Shown here one piece after another: positions 7,624 through 16,187 of a stretch of 24,744 bases of DNA. Origin of the DNA: a virus (lineage: Duplodnaviria > Caudoviricetes); the IMG/VR virus record IMGVR_UViG_3300038808_000005, positions 1-24,744 of that record. The stretch is one strand, 5' to 3'. The position numbers and the translations under genes were made by a program. Each line of letters opens with the position of its first letter. Positions within the stretch are counted from its first letter, which is position 1. A model generated the notes under the pieces. It saw nothing but the letters and a program-made list of their open reading frames with translations, made no database searches and was not told the DNA's origin.

Positions 7624-8556
7624 TCAAACTCCCTTGTCCGCGAAGAATTTCAGGAACGCATAGCCGTTGCCGCCCAGGCCACCGCCCGCCAATCCCCCGC
7701 CGCCGCCGCCGCCCAGGCCACCATTTCCGCCGTAGCCACCGCTTGCTGCTGCACCACCGCCGCCGCCGCCGTTGCCGCCCTTTCCAGCTATGGAAGAAGC
7801 GCCAACGCTGCCGCCACCCCCGGCCCCGTTGCCCCCCGCGAACCCCACCCCCCCAGATTGTTGGTAGCCTCCGCCCCCACCAAAGAAGCTGATACCCCAT
7901 TCCCCGTCCGACGCATCGAAGAATGCGCCAGCGTTGATAGAGGACGCTCCCGTGGCATCCGCGCCGCCTGGCATCGCCCCGCCTCCGATAAAACCTGTAC
8001 CCGGCCCCGATGTGCCGCCGCCGCCGCCGCCATTGACGGCCGCCGATGTGGTGGCGTCTCCCCCTTTGGCCATGATGTCCACGGCAGCGCCCCCGGTGGC
8101 TCCCGCAACAACCATGCCGGGCCGTACGCTGGCCGCGCCCACATCCCAGTTGGCGGAAGGTGCCGGCCCAGCAGGCAGTGATATGTCGCCTGCGCTGGCG
8201 AGTGCGTACCGCCCACCCGGGCCGCCGTAGGCCACGTAGCTGACACCTGCCACGGTGATGGTGGTATTGCCCCCGGCGCCTCCAGCCTGGTTTGCCGCTG
8301 CCACGGCACCTCCTGCGCCTACAGCCACCACCACCACGTCGCCAGCGCGCACGCGCAAACGCTTGGCGCCCCAGCTGCCGCTGTAACCGCCCGTTGCGGT
8401 GTTACCCGCATTGCGCGCTGCACCTGCGCCACCTGCGCCCATGGCCCGGATCTCAAGGATGCCGTTGGCTGGTGCTGTCCATGTCGTAGACGCAAAGCAG
8501 GTAACAGGGACGCAAGGCCCCACGGCCCGCGTGCCTGCCAAGTCGCTGGCCCTCAT
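7624..8556 (-). CDS. Glycine-rich putative receptor-binding adhesin
   Basis: 310 aa; TWTAP..G.LEIRAMGAGGAG start, many GGGGG/GGNGG runs, GGNGYAFLKFF end; ATGA overlap with the upstream gene. Confidence 0.75.
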   Translation of the reverse strand: MRASDLAGTRAVGPCVPVTCFASTTWTAPANGILEIRAMGAGGAGAARNAGNTATGGYSGSWGAKRLRVRAGDVVVVAVGAGGAVAAANQAGGAGGNTTITVAGVSYVAYGGPGGRYALASAGDISLPAGPAPSANWDVGAASVRPGMVVAGATGGAAVDIMAKGGDATTSAAVNGGGGGGTSGPGTGFIGGGAMPGGADATGASSINAGAFFDASDGEWGISFFGGGGGYQQSGGVGFAGGNGAGGGGSVGASSIAGKGGNGGGGGGAAASGGYGGNGGLGGGGGGGLAGGGLGGNGYAFLKFFADKGV

Positions 8557-9257
8557 AGATTTCCCCCCGTGTCATGCCCCATGGCCAGCAGCCACAGGTT
8601 GTCGCCGGCATACACGAGCCTGATGTGCCAGCAGTTGTAATCAAGGACCAGGTCGTCTTTGCGGCGGTTGATTTCGTGCAGCGGGTTGGCGCGCACGATG
8701 GTGATCAGCCCCAGGCGCCACAGGCCCCAGGGGTCCAGCAGCACGATGGTGTCGCCCCGTTCGGGGGCGGCGGGCAGGGCGCGGCTGTAAGCGGCGTCGG
8801 CCTTGAGCAGATAGGCCACGCCGGCCTGCAGGGCCTGGCCATTGGTTGCGCTGTCCGCGTAGCCGTGGCGCAGCCGGTCCAGCAGCTTTTGCCCGGCCTG
8901 CGCCTGCGCCGGGTTGCTGGCCTGCAGCACGGATTGCAGGTCCACGGACTTGTCGGCAATGTCTTGGGCCAGCTGCTGAATTCGGAGGGCCTGTTGCAGC
9001 AGGACTTGCGCCGTTTGCTGCTGCATCTGGTCGATGGTTTGCCCGGTGGACTGAGCCAGGGCCTGCAGGGCTTCCTGGCTCGCGCTGGCCTCAATGGCCT
9101 GGCCCATGTCGTGGGCCAACTGGTCAATCATGCCCAGCGCTTCGCGCAGCCGGGGGTTGTCCACCTCCAGCTTGTTGCCGGGGTGCGGCAGGGGCAGGCC
9201 CAGGTGAGGCGTGTCCTCCAGGACGGGCGGCAGGTCTTGCACGGTATCGTCAGCCAT
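8553..9257 (-). CDS. Short tail fibre or adaptor protein
   Basis: 234 aa from ATG 9257 (GGAGG RBS); N-terminal TPHLGLPLP..N.LEVD.PRLREAL..ID, Q-rich coiled coil, C-terminal LPAAP..GDTIVLLD..G.W...DDLVLD...LVY domain. Confidence 0.7.
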   Translation of the reverse strand: MADDTVQDLPPVLEDTPHLGLPLPHPGNKLEVDNPRLREALGMIDQLAHDMGQAIEASASQEALQALAQSTGQTIDQMQQQTAQVLLQQALRIQQLAQDIADKSVDLQSVLQASNPAQAQAGQKLLDRLRHGYADSATNGQALQAGVAYLLKADAAYSRALPAAPERGDTIVLLDPWGLWRLGLITIVRANPLHEINRRKDDLVLDYNCWHIRLVYAGDNLWLLAMGHDTGGNL

Positions 9258-9265
9258 GGTCCCTC

Positions 9266-10300
9266 CTACAGCACCACGGCGCGCAGGTTGTCCACCAGGG
9301 GCCGCGCCGTGGGCGTGCCGGTGAGCGTGAGGCGCAGGCGCAGGCTGGCCGCGTTGATGCCCTGCAGCCGGTGCGTGAGTTCGATGGTGCCGGCCGTCTG
9401 CGGGCTGCTGGACAGGTAGGGCACCTCGGTCCACTGCTCGCTGGCACCCAGCCGCGCATGCACAGCCACGGCCGCTCCGGCCGGGATGGTGCCCTCGAAG
9501 ATCACGCGCAGCTCGGTGCCGCCCGCAGTGGCGATGGCGGGCGTGATGTAGGTGCCCGACTGCAGCAGGCTGCCCACGGCCAGCAGGGTGGCAGGGGCCA
9601 GCACGGCGCCCATGCCCGACTCACCCACGCGCAGCGTGGCTTTGACGCGCACGGTGCCGGTGTGCGGCTCATCCAGGCGCACGGGCTGGCCCGCGTCGGC
9701 CTCGATGGTGCGCTGCACGGCGCCGCCCGCGCCCAGCAGTTCGATGGCGTAGGTGATGCGCGCCGTGGGGTCGGGCTGCTCGGCGCCGGCATTGATGAGC
9801 AGCAGCGTGGCGTTTTCCACGTCCTGCGCGCCGACTTCCACGGTCTTGACTGTGGCCGGGTATTGGGCCTCGAACAGATCAAAGCGCAGCACGCGGTTGG
9901 TGTGGCGCGTGACGATGCCCGAGGCATTGATTTCCAGCAGCTGGCCCACTTCGGCCGGCGCGGCCGTGACCCAGCCGGTGCCGTCCTGACGGGCATCGCC
10001 CACCTGGGCCACAGCCAGAGCCGTATCGGTGTCGGCGGCTGACACGCAAAGCGCGTAGCTGGTGCCCGCCTGCAGCTGGACCAGTGCCGGCCAGGTCACG
10101 CGCGTGGCCGTGCCATCGGTCTTGGTCTGTGCGCTCTCCACGCGCTGCTCGCGCAGGGCCAGGCCCGGCAGGCCGGCATCGTCCAAGGCCGCCAGCAGCA
10201 CCAGGGCCGGGCCGCCGCTAGCCGTGAAGTACAGATCCAGCGCTGCACACTGCTGGTTGCGCGCAGGTGTGATGATTTGGGTGAGGGTGCTATAGGACAT
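9266..10300 (-). CDS. Virion structural protein, probable C-terminal counterpart of the DUF4815/VrlC-like protein
   Basis: 344 aa from ATG 10300; LTQIITP..CAALDLYF start, LRLRLTLTGTPTARPLVDNLRAVVL end; overlaps the upstream stop by 11 nt. Confidence 0.75.
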   Translation of the reverse strand: MSYSTLTQIITPARNQQCAALDLYFTASGGPALVLLAALDDAGLPGLALREQRVESAQTKTDGTATRVTWPALVQLQAGTSYALCVSAADTDTALAVAQVGDARQDGTGWVTAAPAEVGQLLEINASGIVTRHTNRVLRFDLFEAQYPATVKTVEVGAQDVENATLLLINAGAEQPDPTARITYAIELLGAGGAVQRTIEADAGQPVRLDEPHTGTVRVKATLRVGESGMGAVLAPATLLAVGSLLQSGTYITPAIATAGGTELRVIFEGTIPAGAAVAVHARLGASEQWTEVPYLSSSPQTAGTIELTHRLQGINAASLRLRLTLTGTPTARPLVDNLRAVVL

Positions 10301-12446
10301 AGGTGACGGTGCCAAAGCCTGCGATTCGGGCGCTGTACCAGTTGGACCCGAGAATTTGCAGATTGAGTTTCAGGGTTGCGCTGCCCACGTATTGCGCCCG
10401 GCCCGTGCTGCCGTGCTCGCCCTTGATTTCCACGGTCTTGGCACCCACGGGGACGCCCTCGGGGATGGTGAATTTCCCCGCCAGCACGCCGGCAGCGTTG
10501 GCCACCAGGCCGCCACCTGCCAGCGGGTGGGCGGTGACGGGCTGGCCGTCGAAATGCAGGCTTTGCAGGGCCTCCAGCGCACGAAATCCCGCCAGTGCGA
10601 ATTGCACTTCGATGGGGCGCAGGGTGATGCCGCTCAGGTCCAGCAACTCGGTGTTGATCTGGTTGCGAAACTGCGTTTCCCTGTCCACCGCTGCGCTGCC
10701 GAACGCGTCGTAGAACCGGACGAGCTTCGGATAGTTGAGGACCTCAGGAACCTCCCAGCGGTCCACGCTGGGCACCAGCTCAACGCTGGCCGGCAGGGCG
10801 CCTGCCGTGGCCTGTGCGTTGATCTTCATGGCGCGGCTGGTGGCCGTCTGGCCCATGGTCTTGGCCAGCGTGTACTCCAGGCTGTGGACAGTCTTGCCAT
10901 CGCCCAGCATGTAGGCGTTGTCGGCCTCATACAACTGCAGCGCCCCGCCCGCCACCATGGCGGTCTGCTCCAGACCTTGATCCCGCATGCTGTCGTCCAT
11001 CATGGGATCGGCGAAATAGCCTTTTTTCAGGCCGCTGTAACGGCCCGCGGTGTCGGTGGCCAGGCGCAGCTCGGCCAGGTCCAGCTCGATGCGGTCCATG
11101 CGGTCGCGGTAGGCCACCAGGGTGGGCATGGACACCACGCGCACGCCGTCCGGCTCGGTGCGGCGCGTGTCGGGCTCCCAGGTCTGGTAGATGCTGCCCA
11201 GGGCCAGCACGTTGCCCGGCACATCAGGCGGCACGGGCTGCCAAGTCGCCGGGATGCCCTTGACCACGTTGATGCCCCCATCGCCGCCCATGACGATGCG
11301 GTCAATGCGGCGCAGCGCATAGCGGTAGTCCACAAGTATCAGCGTGGCGGGCAGCGCGCCCTGCACTTCAAAGCCGCGCGTGGTCTGGTTCTGCGCGGGT
11401 TCGGTGCTGATGTAGTCATAGCCGACGCTGTAGGTGCTGCCTGGGGTGGGCTCGGCGCCGGCCGGGCTCCAGTCGATTTGCCCGGCCGTCAGCTTGTAGT
11501 CCACGTCCTTGGTGTACGTGGTTCCGCCCTGGGTGACGCTGTTGATCTGCACAACGCTGGCGTCGGGCAGCGGGTCAGCGGCGCCGACGAAGCTGCCGTG
11601 CACCACCTGGGCCGACTTGCGGCGCGTGATGCGCAGGGTGGCCTGCTCCAGCACGGGCCAGCGGTCGAATGCCACATGCTGCAGCGCATCCGTGCTGCTG
11701 CTGTGGGGCTCGCTGTTGACCTGGGCCATGTTGGCCTCGGCCGCATAGACCAGGCGCCGGTCGGCAGGCACTTCGATGGCCACGCCACCCACACGCGCGG
11801 CGCCGGCCGTGATGGCGTAGACCTGGCGGCCCTGGTCATCGTCGGGCAGCTGCAGCGTGATCAGGCCGCGCACGACATAGGTGCCTCCGCCCGTGCTCTG
11901 CTCGTCATAGCGCTCGATGGCCTTGGTGACGGCGTTGAGCTGGGGCGCGGGCTCGCGCGGCTTGACGATGCCATCTTCAACGGCCCACACGGGATAGAAA
12001 TCCCCTTCGCCCTGGCCCTGCAGGCCCCAGGTGACGGACACCTGCAGGCGGTCGGCCCCGGGCTCGCCGTAGCCGCTGGTCCCCACGGCGGGGTTGTACA
12101 GGGTCGGGTCTTGCTCGGCCGTGACGATGCGCGTGGCGTAGTGCACGCCGATGTAGACGGTGCCCTGCACGGCGATCTGCAGCGCGGCGGCGGCCACGTC
12201 ATGCACAGCGCCGTTGAGGTAGATGCTGCCGGCTTCCAGCTGGCAGGCGCCGGTTTCGGCGTTGACGGTGCAGCGCGCGCCGGCAGTGATGTCGCCATCG
12301 GCAAACAGCACATCGGCCACGCGGCGCAGGGCATAGCGGGCCTGGGCCTGCATTTCGTTGGGCTCGGCAGACTGCGCCACGCGGTCGGCGTGAAAGATGT
12401 GCTGCGTGTAGCCCTTGGCGGGGTCGTGTCGGTTGTAGCTGGTCAT
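10290..12446 (-). CDS. DUF4815/VrlC-like baseplate protein
   Basis: 718 aa; YNRHDPAK..IFHADRVAQSAEPNEMQ...LRRVADVLFADGD, KKGYFADPMMDDSMRDQG, GKFTIPEGVPVGAKTV. Confidence 0.85.
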   Translation of the reverse strand: MTSYNRHDPAKGYTQHIFHADRVAQSAEPNEMQAQARYALRRVADVLFADGDITAGARCTVNAETGACQLEAGSIYLNGAVHDVAAAALQIAVQGTVYIGVHYATRIVTAEQDPTLYNPAVGTSGYGEPGADRLQVSVTWGLQGQGEGDFYPVWAVEDGIVKPREPAPQLNAVTKAIERYDEQSTGGGTYVVRGLITLQLPDDDQGRQVYAITAGAARVGGVAIEVPADRRLVYAAEANMAQVNSEPHSSSTDALQHVAFDRWPVLEQATLRITRRKSAQVVHGSFVGAADPLPDASVVQINSVTQGGTTYTKDVDYKLTAGQIDWSPAGAEPTPGSTYSVGYDYISTEPAQNQTTRGFEVQGALPATLILVDYRYALRRIDRIVMGGDGGINVVKGIPATWQPVPPDVPGNVLALGSIYQTWEPDTRRTEPDGVRVVSMPTLVAYRDRMDRIELDLAELRLATDTAGRYSGLKKGYFADPMMDDSMRDQGLEQTAMVAGGALQLYEADNAYMLGDGKTVHSLEYTLAKTMGQTATSRAMKINAQATAGALPASVELVPSVDRWEVPEVLNYPKLVRFYDAFGSAAVDRETQFRNQINTELLDLSGITLRPIEVQFALAGFRALEALQSLHFDGQPVTAHPLAGGGLVANAAGVLAGKFTIPEGVPVGAKTVEIKGEHGSTGRAQYVGSATLKLNLQILGSNWYSARIAGFGTVTYVL

Positions 12447-12453
12447 GCGCGGC

Positions 12454-12942
12454 TCACAGTGGGATCACGATTTCTTCGGTGGCCTTGGTCGTGCCGCTGC
12501 GCAGGACCGGCGAGCGGTATTCCAGGCAGTACACGGTGCCGGGGTTCTCGACCTCGGCCGGCGTCAGGTAGCGCTGGCCAGGCGGCACGCTGGCCTTTGC
12601 CACGGTGCCGAAGAACACGCCGCACTCGCGCACGGTTTCGCCCTGGGCATCGCCAAAGCCGAACGTGGTGCGCAGCAGCAGAAAGGGCGTGGGCACCGGG
12701 CTGGTCTTGTAGTAGACCTGGCCGGGCATCTCGATATCGTGGTCCTGGGCGGTGCCGGGCACGGCATAGCCCACATCCACCACGGCGCGGCGGCCGATTT
12801 CGTCCTGCAGCGCGGTGCGGTTGGATGGGTTGGCAGGTGGCGCGGTCCACGCTCCATCGCCACGGCCCCATGCGATGTGCACGGCCATGGCGGCCAGGGA
12901 TTTGGCCAGCGCAATGCGGCCGGCGTCTTGCAGTGTTTGCAT
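12454..12942 (-). CDS. Baseplate protein, partner of the DUF4815 protein
   Basis: 162 aa; L.DAGRIALAKSL....HIAWGRG..W..PP....TALQDEIGRR, VRECGVF; GAGG RBS. Confidence 0.8.
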   Translation of the reverse strand: MQTLQDAGRIALAKSLAAMAVHIAWGRGDGAWTAPPANPSNRTALQDEIGRRAVVDVGYAVPGTAQDHDIEMPGQVYYKTSPVPTPFLLLRTTFGFGDAQGETVRECGVFFGTVAKASVPPGQRYLTPAEVENPGTVYCLEYRSPVLRSGTTKATEEIVIPL

Positions 12943-12945
12943 GGG

Positions 12946-13893
12946 CTATTCCTCGGATTCGGTGGTCTTGCTGTGGATGTTGGATTGCTGCCAGCGGTCG
13001 CTGTCCCAGCGGCCCGTCCAGCCCCGGGCCGGGGCCATGCGGGGCTGGCAGGCAGCGGCCGCCAGGTGGTGGGCGGCGCCAGGCCACTGGCCCGGCCGCG
13101 TGCCTGCGCTGGCGGCCCAGGCTTCGCCGTTGGTGGTCCATGGCTGATGCTGGGCGCGCTGCGGCGCCAGGCCCGGGGTGGACTGCAGCTGCCCGCCTGC
13201 GGCCAGGCGCTGCATGCGGCCGTCCCAGCGCCACACATCCAGGCGCAGCTGGTCAGCGCGGCGCATGCGGCCGCTGGTGTGCTGGTGGTCGGCGCTGCGC
13301 AGCGGGGTGAGGTTGGGGCGCTGGGCCTGGGACTGGTTGATGCGGCCTTGGCTGCCGATGACGGGCGGCTCACCCTCGCCCACGTCCACGGGCGTGCCGC
13401 TGTCGTTGTCCCACAGGGCGCCGTCCAGCTTGGGCGCGCGGTCCCAGCGCAGGGCGCGCAGATCGAAGCGATAGAACACCCGGTAGAAATGGACGTGCAG
13501 CGGGATGCTGGCACGCACCACATGGGCCATGCGCGCGATATCGCTGTTGCTGACTTCGCGGCCCGGGTTGATGTGCAGGCGGGCGCCGTCCTCTTCCAGG
13601 GTCACGCTCAGGTAACCCTGCCAGGCCAGCGCGCGGCGCACGGCGGCGGCGCTGCCACGCTCGCGCAGCCAGGGCAGGCCCTTGGCCAGCAGCTCGCGCG
13701 GGTCGGAAAAATACCGCTCGAATTGCCCCAGCTGCCACTGCTGGGCCAGCCAGGGCAGCAGGGCCGGGTGCTGGGCGGTGCTGGCCGGCTCGGCCGCGTC
13801 GGCCATGGTGCCCCAGTCACGCGGCAGCGTGGTGTCCACCACGCGCTCCAGGCTGGTGGATGCTGGGGGCAGGATGCTGCGGCGCGCGTCCAT
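12946..13893 (-). CDS. I: P2 gpI-like baseplate wedge protein with C-terminal extension
   Basis: 315 aa from ATG 13893 (TGATG overlap with J); SILPPASTSLER, LLPWLAQQW, RGSAAAVRRAL. Confidence 0.85.
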   Translation of the reverse strand: MDARRSILPPASTSLERVVDTTLPRDWGTMADAAEPASTAQHPALLPWLAQQWQLGQFERYFSDPRELLAKGLPWLRERGSAAAVRRALAWQGYLSVTLEEDGARLHINPGREVSNSDIARMAHVVRASIPLHVHFYRVFYRFDLRALRWDRAPKLDGALWDNDSGTPVDVGEGEPPVIGSQGRINQSQAQRPNLTPLRSADHQHTSGRMRRADQLRLDVWRWDGRMQRLAAGGQLQSTPGLAPQRAQHQPWTTNGEAWAASAGTRPGQWPGAAHHLAAAACQPRMAPARGWTGRWDSDRWQQSNIHSKTTESEE

Positions 13894-14732
13894 CAGGCCA
13901 CCCCTGCGTCGATCAGGTCCACGGCGCCCAGGGCCGGGAATTCGCCGGCCGCAATCGGCGTGATGGGCGCGGGCCGGGCGTTGTCCGGGTAGTCCACGGC
14001 GTGCACGCCATCGACGTGCAGCAGCGTGGTGATGTAGCTGCGTGCCACGCTGCCGTCCAGGCTGGCCATGCCGGCAAAGGCCGCCTGCAGGCGCGCCTGC
14101 AGCTGCTGCAGCAGGCCGGCCGGCGCGGTGCGCGTGCGGGTGATGCGGGCGGTGATGTCGATGGTGCGCGGCAAGGCCACGGCCACATTGACGGGCACGC
14201 CCAGCATGCGGGCGTTGTCGGCATTCAGGGCCTCGGACACCAGCTGCCGCACGGCCTGGGCCTGCGCCTGGTCGGTGACCCACAGCATGACCAGCACGCT
14301 GCCCGGCGCCTGCTGGCTGGCCCGCACGGCGCGGATCAGGGGCGAGGCGGTGAGGGCGTGGAATTCGTAGTGCTCGCGCGTGCCCTGGCCGGCCAGCGCG
14401 GCGATGCGCAGCTGCAGCCGCGTGCGCAGGCGGTCGTCGGTTTCGCCGGCCTGGCGGTCCACGCCGTACTGCGCGGCCAGGTGGTCGAGGTCGCCGCCCG
14501 TGGCAAAGGCCAGCAGGTGGGCGCGGGCGGCATCGTTGACGCGGGCACGGTACAGCAGTTCGCGGTAGGCGCAGGCCTCCAGCAGCTTGACGATGGGATC
14601 AGATTCAAGCGCCAGGACTTCGGCCAGCTCGGGCGCGCGGGCCAGTATGTCGGCCTTGAGGTCGGCCAGGATCTGCTCGAAGTCCAGCGGCTCGATGATC
14701 TGCGGGGCGGGGAGGGTGGCCAGGTCGGTCAT
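13893..14732 (-). CDS. J: Baseplate wedge protein gpJ
   Basis: 279 aa; DLATLPAPQIIEPLDFEQIL, LESDPIVKLLE..AYRELL.RARVNDAARA, A.GGDLDHLAA. Confidence 0.95.
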   Translation of the reverse strand: MTDLATLPAPQIIEPLDFEQILADLKADILARAPELAEVLALESDPIVKLLEACAYRELLYRARVNDAARAHLLAFATGGDLDHLAAQYGVDRQAGETDDRLRTRLQLRIAALAGQGTREHYEFHALTASPLIRAVRASQQAPGSVLVMLWVTDQAQAQAVRQLVSEALNADNARMLGVPVNVAVALPRTIDITARITRTRTAPAGLLQQLQARLQAAFAGMASLDGSVARSYITTLLHVDGVHAVDYPDNARPAPITPIAAGEFPALGAVDLIDAGVA

Positions 14733-15091
14733 GCGCCCCCCGTACTTCCGATATCCACGGTCAGGCTCAGCGGCTTGGCGCGGGGTGCATAGGCCGATAG
14801 CAGGGCTCCGTCGATCACCAGCTGTGCACGTCCTGGCCGCTGTGCATCGCGCACGATGCGCAGGCGGTCAATGGACAAGCGCGGCTCCCAACGCATGAGC
14901 GCAGACGCAATGGCGGAATACAGGCGCGCCTCGGTCTGCGTGTTGTCGGGCTGGTCTATCAGCAGCGGGACCAGCGAACCGTAGGTGCGCCGAGCCACTC
15001 GGCTACCCATGGGCGTGCTCAGAATGTCGCCAATGGATTGCACCAGGTGCTCGACAAGCCCGATGCGCCGGCCGGTGGTGCGGCTCATCAT
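14729..15091 (-). CDS. W: Baseplate protein gpW (gp25-like)
   Basis: 120 aa; MSRTTGR, HL.QSIGDIL.TP.GSRV.RR.YGS, ALMRWEPRL. Confidence 0.95.
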   Translation of the reverse strand: MMSRTTGRRIGLVEHLVQSIGDILSTPMGSRVARRTYGSLVPLLIDQPDNTQTEARLYSAIASALMRWEPRLSIDRLRIVRDAQRPGRAQLVIDGALLSAYAPRAKPLSLTVDIGSTGGA

Positions 15092-15642
15092 CGCGGCTCC
15101 CCCGTGTTGCTGTCGCCGCTGCGCACGCCGCCGTGGACGTGGTGCACCAGGCTGATGGCTTCGGCCACGACATCAGGTGCAGCCCGCACCAGAGCCCCAA
15201 CGCTCAAAGATGCTTTCGCGGTGCTCAGGGTGATGTCGTCGCGCGAGATGGTGATGGACGCATCCTCAATGCGCAGAGTCAATGCGCCGTTTTCATACCG
15301 GATGAAATGGGTGTTGTCTTTGTTCAGCTTGATGTGCGGCGCGCCATCGCTGGGCTGTTCCATCTGTTCGCTGTACAGGCCCAGCAGGGCCACGCCCTGG
15401 CGCATGTCGCCGCCTACGCTCAGCACCAGGCCCTGCTCGCCGACCTCCGGCGCCCAGAAGGTGGAGCCTTGCGTGCCGGCCCGCAGGCACTGCACCTGCA
15501 GCCAGTCGGTGATGTTGTCTCCGCAGCGCATGCGCACGGCCAGCGGCTTGGCGCGGACCTCGGCCACGGTGCCACGGCGCGCCAGGTTCTCCAGGCGCCG
15601 GGTCAGCTCGTAGGGGCTCTCTTGCTGCGGTGTTTCGGTCAT
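15088..15642 (-). CDS. V: Baseplate spike gpV
   Basis: 184 aa; RRLENL.R.GTV, TDWL...RAG...WAPEVGEQ..VLS.GGD, C-terminal HVH iron-binding motif with GGV.SG. Confidence 0.95.
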   Translation of the reverse strand: MTETPQQESPYELTRRLENLARRGTVAEVRAKPLAVRMRCGDNITDWLQVQCLRAGTQGSTFWAPEVGEQGLVLSVGGDMRQGVALLGLYSEQMEQPSDGAPHIKLNKDNTHFIRYENGALTLRIEDASITISRDDITLSTAKASLSVGALVRAAPDVVAEAISLVHHVHGGVRSGDSNTGEPR

Positions 15643-15648
15643 GCGGCC

Positions 15649-15707
15649 ATCGTGCCGCCGCGCACGCGCGAAGCCCAGCAGCGCGTGCTGTGGCTGCCAA
15701 CATGACA
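15649..15707 (-). promoter_or_regulatory. Late promoter pV: TGT-N13-ACA (15689-15707) plus -10 CACGAT (15649-15654)
   Basis: Plus strand CTGTGGCTGCCAACATGACAG, closely similar to the O/P dyad; -10 lies 6 nt before the V ATG. Confidence 0.8.
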
Positions 15708-15711
15708 GAAA

Positions 15712-16185
15712 TCAGGGGTGCAGGTGTCGCAGGATGACGTCGCGCAGCAGGTCGGCGTCTTCGGCAGGGATGCCCAGCAGCTGCCGTTCGGGGTAGTCGT
15801 ACATGGGGCCGTTCTTGGCCACTCGGTCCTGCTCACCGTAATGATGCACGCGGGCGATGCGATCTGCACGGCCTGCGAATTGCACAACGGCCGCATCGCC
15901 CTGGGCCTTTGCCTTGAGCCAACGCTGCATGCGCAGCTTGGCGAACAAGGGGAGGCGGGCTTTGGCGCGGGCGCGGATCTGGGCGCGCTTGTTTCGCAGG
16001 CCGTCGCCCTGGGCCTTGCGGGGTTCCCATTTCTCGCCGTCCGGCGTCTGCTGGCTGGCCATGCGCTGGCTGTTGCGGGCGCGCAGCTGCCGCGCCAGGT
16101 CCAGCAGCAGGCGGCGGCGCGCTGCCGGCGCAAGCTTGGCCAGCAGCGACTCGGCCCACAGTTCAAGCGCGCGCATATCCGCCAT
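15712..16185 (-). CDS. S: Tail completion / virion morphogenesis protein gpS
   Basis: 157 aa; Q.PDG..WEPRK, LFAKLR..R.LK, RIARVHHYG..DRV, YPERQLLG. Confidence 0.95.
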   Translation of the reverse strand: MADMRALELWAESLLAKLAPAARRRLLLDLARQLRARNSQRMASQQTPDGEKWEPRKAQGDGLRNKRAQIRARAKARLPLFAKLRMQRWLKAKAQGDAAVVQFAGRADRIARVHHYGEQDRVAKNGPMYDYPERQLLGIPAEDADLLRDVILRHLHP

Positions 16186-16187
16186 GG

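Noticed and set aside
7624-12446. Diversity-generating retroelement or invertible fibre cassette
   Set aside because: No reverse transcriptase, invertase, TR/VR pair or inverted fibre segment seen in the window
10356-13310. 984-aa plus-strand ORF and other long antisense ORFs (3062-4699, 12445-13992, 21777-23528)
   Set aside because: Shadow frames of recognisable phage genes in GC-rich DNA; no recognisable protein motifs
534-15642. Tailocin, eCIS or T6SS interpretation
   Set aside because: Complete head, portal, terminase and cos are present, so this is a DNA-packaging phage module
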